From Candidatus Omnitrophota bacterium (GTDB lineage: Bacteria > Omnitrophota > Gorgyraeia > Zapsychrales > Zapsychraceae): 64,000 nucleotides of DNA. Shown here one piece after another: positions 61,189-64,000 of the stretch. Both the position numbers and the translations under genes were made by a program. Location of the stretch: assembly GCA_003528115.1 (NCBI GenBank), contig DOGZ01000004.1:572-64571 (forward strand), written 5' to 3'. How positions within the stretch are numbered: the first letter of the stretch is position 1; the number at the start of each line of letters is the position of its first letter. Under the pieces are notes generated by a model, which was not told the DNA's origin, did not search any database, and saw only the letters and a program-made list of their open reading frames with translations.

Positions 61189-62091
61189 ATGCTTTTAGCG
61201 TGGTGGAACAGATTTTGGTTTGAACCTAGGCCGACCTATGTGCTGGGCGTTTTTCGCACGGCGCTCGGGATCCTTGTTTTAAGTATTCTTCTTTGCAGTT
61301 TCCCCAACTGGGAACGGTTTTACGGACCGCACGGCCTTTATCCTTTTGCTGAATTAAACGGAATAGAAAAGTTAAATTTATTCGCCATTTCTTTAGAACC
61401 TTGGTTTCTATGGGGCATTTATGGCATCGGGATCCTGGCATCAATAACTTTTATTCTTGGATTTCAGACGAGGATTTCAACGATTATTCTATTTATCGTC
61501 TACGCCTCAATGACGCATCGTAATTTTTTCCTGGTGAACGGCCAGGATCAAATTATTAAAATGCTTTTGTTCTTGAGTTCTTTTGCCCCCCTCGGAGATT
61601 GTTTGTCCTTAGATCGATGGTTAAAAACACAAGGAAAAAACTTAAAAGAAAGATTGTTGAATCCTATCCCGCGGGAACCCTGGGCCACGCGTTTGATGCA
61701 ACTGTCCGTACTGAATGTCTATATTCTTAGCCAACCGTTTAAAATTATAGAAGATCCCGCCTGGCGCGATGGATCCGCGATGTATCTGGTGGCTCTGTCG
61801 GAACGCTGGTTTCATTTTTCTCATATAACATTATTCCAGAATGAAACGTTAAGCATTCTCCTGACCTATAGCAGTTTACTGATCGAGATGACTTTCCCGA
61901 TTTTGGTCTGGTTCAACAAAACAAGGCCTTACAGTCTTATTGCGATGGCCTGCCTTCACTTGACCGGCATGATTATTTTAAGTCCGGCCATTCTCTTTTT
62001 TCAATTAAGTATGGTCATTGCTTTGATCCTTTTTATCCATCCGCACACCATCAATCAATGGACAGATCGAATGATTCGCCTTGGTAAATGA
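61189..62091 (+). CDS. HTTM-domain membrane protein (SdpB / vitamin K-dependent carboxylase-like)
   Basis: WNRFWF, LGVFR, LGFQTR, RN....NGQD, SLD, Q....Y.....K....W.DG.A, E...P.L.W, H. Confidence 0.85.
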   Translation: MLLAWWNRFWFEPRPTYVLGVFRTALGILVLSILLCSFPNWERFYGPHGLYPFAELNGIEKLNLFAISLEPWFLWGIYGIGILASITFILGFQTRISTIILFIVYASMTHRNFFLVNGQDQIIKMLLFLSSFAPLGDCLSLDRWLKTQGKNLKERLLNPIPREPWATRLMQLSVLNVYILSQPFKIIEDPAWRDGSAMYLVALSERWFHFSHITLFQNETLSILLTYSSLLIEMTFPILVWFNKTRPYSLIAMACLHLTGMIILSPAILFFQLSMVIALILFIHPHTINQWTDRMIRLGK

Positions 62092-62142
62092 TCGTCTATG
62101 CTCCGTGTTTAGGACGCAGGGGAACCGGCAACGTCTAAAATT

Positions 62143-63192
62143 ATGCCGAGTATGAATATAACTATGAACGAACCACAAATCTCAAACAAGGATACGCTAC
62201 CGCCGGTTAAGGCCGTCGGGCTGATTTCCGGCGGGCTGGATAGTATATTGGCGGCCAGGATTGTCAAAGACTTAGGCTTTGATGTTTATGGGGTTTATTT
62301 TGCCATGCCGTGGGGTTGTTGTGACAAGACCAAGGCCATTGAAGCGGCTATGAGTATCGGCATCAAATTCATCGTGCTTCAATTGGATGAACGCTATCTG
62401 GAAATCATCCGGAATCCCAAACACGGTTATGGCTCGGCCATAAATCCCTGTGTCGATTGCCGCATCCATATGTTTTCCAGGGCCGCGCAATATATGCGTC
62501 ATATCGGAGGCGCTTTTGTCTTTACGGGAGAGGTCTTAGGCCAAAGGCCCATGTCCCAATTGCGCAAGAGCCTGGTCCGGATTGAACAGGGGGCAGGGCT
62601 TGAAGGACGGTTACTCAGACCCTTATGCGCCCAGCTTTTAGAACCGACGATTCTTGAAAAAGAAGGTGTGATTGACCGGTCAAAACTCTTGAGATTATCC
62701 GGCCGCTCAAGGAAAGAACAATTCACCTTAGCTCAGACATTTCATCTTACGGCGTATAATCAGCCGGCGGGAGGATGTCTTTTGACGGACGTGAATTTTT
62801 CCCGCCGGATGAAAGACACTCTGGAACACGGCTACAGGAATTTCCGTGAGACCGTGGCTTTAAAATGGGGACGGCATTTCCGTATCAGTAAAGAGTTTAA
62901 AACGATCCTTGGCCGTGATGAAGAGGAAAATGAGTCTCTCATCCGTTATGCCCATATCGATGATTACATCATGCAACTGCCTGATCAGGCCGGCCCGACT
63001 CTGCTGTTAAAGGGACATCATCCTCCGGAAGATGCCCTGGGCGTTTCTGCCGGTCTTATCCAACGATTCTCCCGTTATAAAAATGAGGCCCCCCAAAATA
63101 TGGTTTATTGGCAGGTACGTAACAAAGAGGATCGCCGCTCCGTCACCGCCTTGAGCCTCACGGATCAACAATTAAAAGACATGAGCCTGTAA
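62143..63192 (+). CDS. ThiI/MnmA-related PP-loop tRNA thiolase-like protein with DUF814-type C-terminus (start may be 62164)
   Basis: SGGLDS, NPCVDC, TGEVLGQRPMSQ, PAGGCLLTD, GRHFR, GR...EN. Confidence 0.8.
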   Translation: MPSMNITMNEPQISNKDTLPPVKAVGLISGGLDSILAARIVKDLGFDVYGVYFAMPWGCCDKTKAIEAAMSIGIKFIVLQLDERYLEIIRNPKHGYGSAINPCVDCRIHMFSRAAQYMRHIGGAFVFTGEVLGQRPMSQLRKSLVRIEQGAGLEGRLLRPLCAQLLEPTILEKEGVIDRSKLLRLSGRSRKEQFTLAQTFHLTAYNQPAGGCLLTDVNFSRRMKDTLEHGYRNFRETVALKWGRHFRISKEFKTILGRDEEENESLIRYAHIDDYIMQLPDQAGPTLLLKGHHPPEDALGVSAGLIQRFSRYKNEAPQNMVYWQVRNKEDRRSVTALSLTDQQLKDMSL

Positions 63193-63227
63193 AACGACAT
63201 ACCATACTTTAAAGGAATAACCAGACG

Positions 63228-64000
63228 ATGGATCTTTTATTACTCTCCCGAATCCAATTTGCCCTGACCATTGCCTTTCATTACATTTATCCGCCCTTAA
63301 GTATCGGATTGGGTGTGATTCTTGTCATTATGGAAGCGCTGTACCTCGTCACCAAGAAACCGTTGTATCTCACTATGGCCAAATTCTGGGCTAAAATATT
63401 CGGCTTAACCTTTGCCATAGGGGTAGCTACCGGCGTGATCATGGAGTTCGAGTTCGGCACCAATTGGGCCGCTTATTCCCGCTATGTCGGGGATGTCTTT
63501 GGCAGCGCCCTGGCCTCGGAAGGGATATTCGCCTTTTTTTTGGAGTCGGGGTTCCTGGCGTTGTTGCTGTTCGGGTGGGATAAAATCAGTCGCCCGATGC
63601 ACTTTTTCGCAACACTGATGGTTTGCCTGGGGGCCCATTTTAGCGCGATCTGGATTGTCGTTGCCAACTCCTGGATGCAGACGCCGTCCGGGTATCATAT
63701 CGTCGGCGAGGGAATGAAAGCCCGGGCCGAAATTGTCGATTTCTGGGCCATGGTTTTCAATCCGTCGTCCATGGAACGCTTAACGCATGTCCTCATGGGG
63801 TGCTGGCAGGCCGGGGCTTTTTTGGTCTTGAGCATCAGCGCGTATTATCTTCTCAAGAAACAGCACCTGGATTTTGCTCAATCTTCGATGAAGATCGCAT
63901 TAGGACTGGCTCTCGCGGCCTCGATCGGACAACTCATGAGCGGTCACCGGGGGGCCCTGGTGGTCCATCAGTACCAACCGGCCAAACTCGCGGCCTTTGA
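63228..64000 (+). CDS. cydA: Cytochrome bd ubiquinol/menaquinol oxidase subunit I, 3'-truncated (not in the ORF track)
   Basis: My translation: [27 protein letters not shown]...[16 protein letters not shown]...EG.FAFFLES...ANSWMQTP; AAGGA SD. Confidence 0.95.
   Translation, partial: MDLLLLSRIQFALTIAFHYIYPPLSIGLGVILVIMEALYLVTKKPLYLTMAKFWAKIFGLTFAIGVATGVIMEFEFGTNWAAYSRYVGDVFGSALASEGIFAFFLESGFLALLLFGWDKISRPMHFFATLMVCLGAHFSAIWIVVANSWMQTPSGYHIVGEGMKARAEIVDFWAMVFNPSSMERLTHVLMGCWQAGAFLVLSISAYYLLKKQHLDFAQSSMKIALGLALAASIGQLMSGHRGALVVHQYQPAKLAAF

Overview
Gene-dense bacterial chromosomal window of mostly housekeeping genes. I found no rRNA, tRNA, CRISPR array or recognisable mobile element. In order it holds: an isocitrate dehydrogenase-like gene, envelope genes (SGNH hydrolase, GT-C glycosyltransferase, M48 protease), a divergent SelO-like gene, fdxA, a B12 radical SAM gene, MFS-ktrBA, radC, acnA-leuCD-ilvD, crcB-DUF190-aroC-SDR-Na/Pi, redoxin-mntH-usp-thiC, an unannotated flavoprotein-like gene divergent from bioB, korAB-trxB, a degenerate PAS-GAF-GGDEF gene, a classical menaquinone cluster (menGFDBACE plus menI, no menH), ahpC-sodA, a Chlamydia-type class Ic ribonucleotide reductase with tandem NrdR boxes, ilvBN, an accessory block, a ThiI-like gene and a truncated cydA. 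The best novelty candidates are: (1) a divergent IscU/NifU-N-fold gene placed third in the class Ic nrdAB operon, possibly a cofactor assembly or maintenance factor; (2) an SdpA-like/HTTM (SdpB-like) pair divergent from two secreted orphans, one Cys-rich with a P15-S-G7-P25-RRR tail; (3) a 612-aa NMO/FabX-like FMN barrel with a Cys cluster; (4) several structured leaders, including a promoter, 13-codon uORF and terminator ahead of the GGDEF gene. A PVC-group origin (possibly Omnitrophota) and a microaerobic or aerotolerant lifestyle are inferences only. All family calls come from motif recognition by eye; no searches were run.
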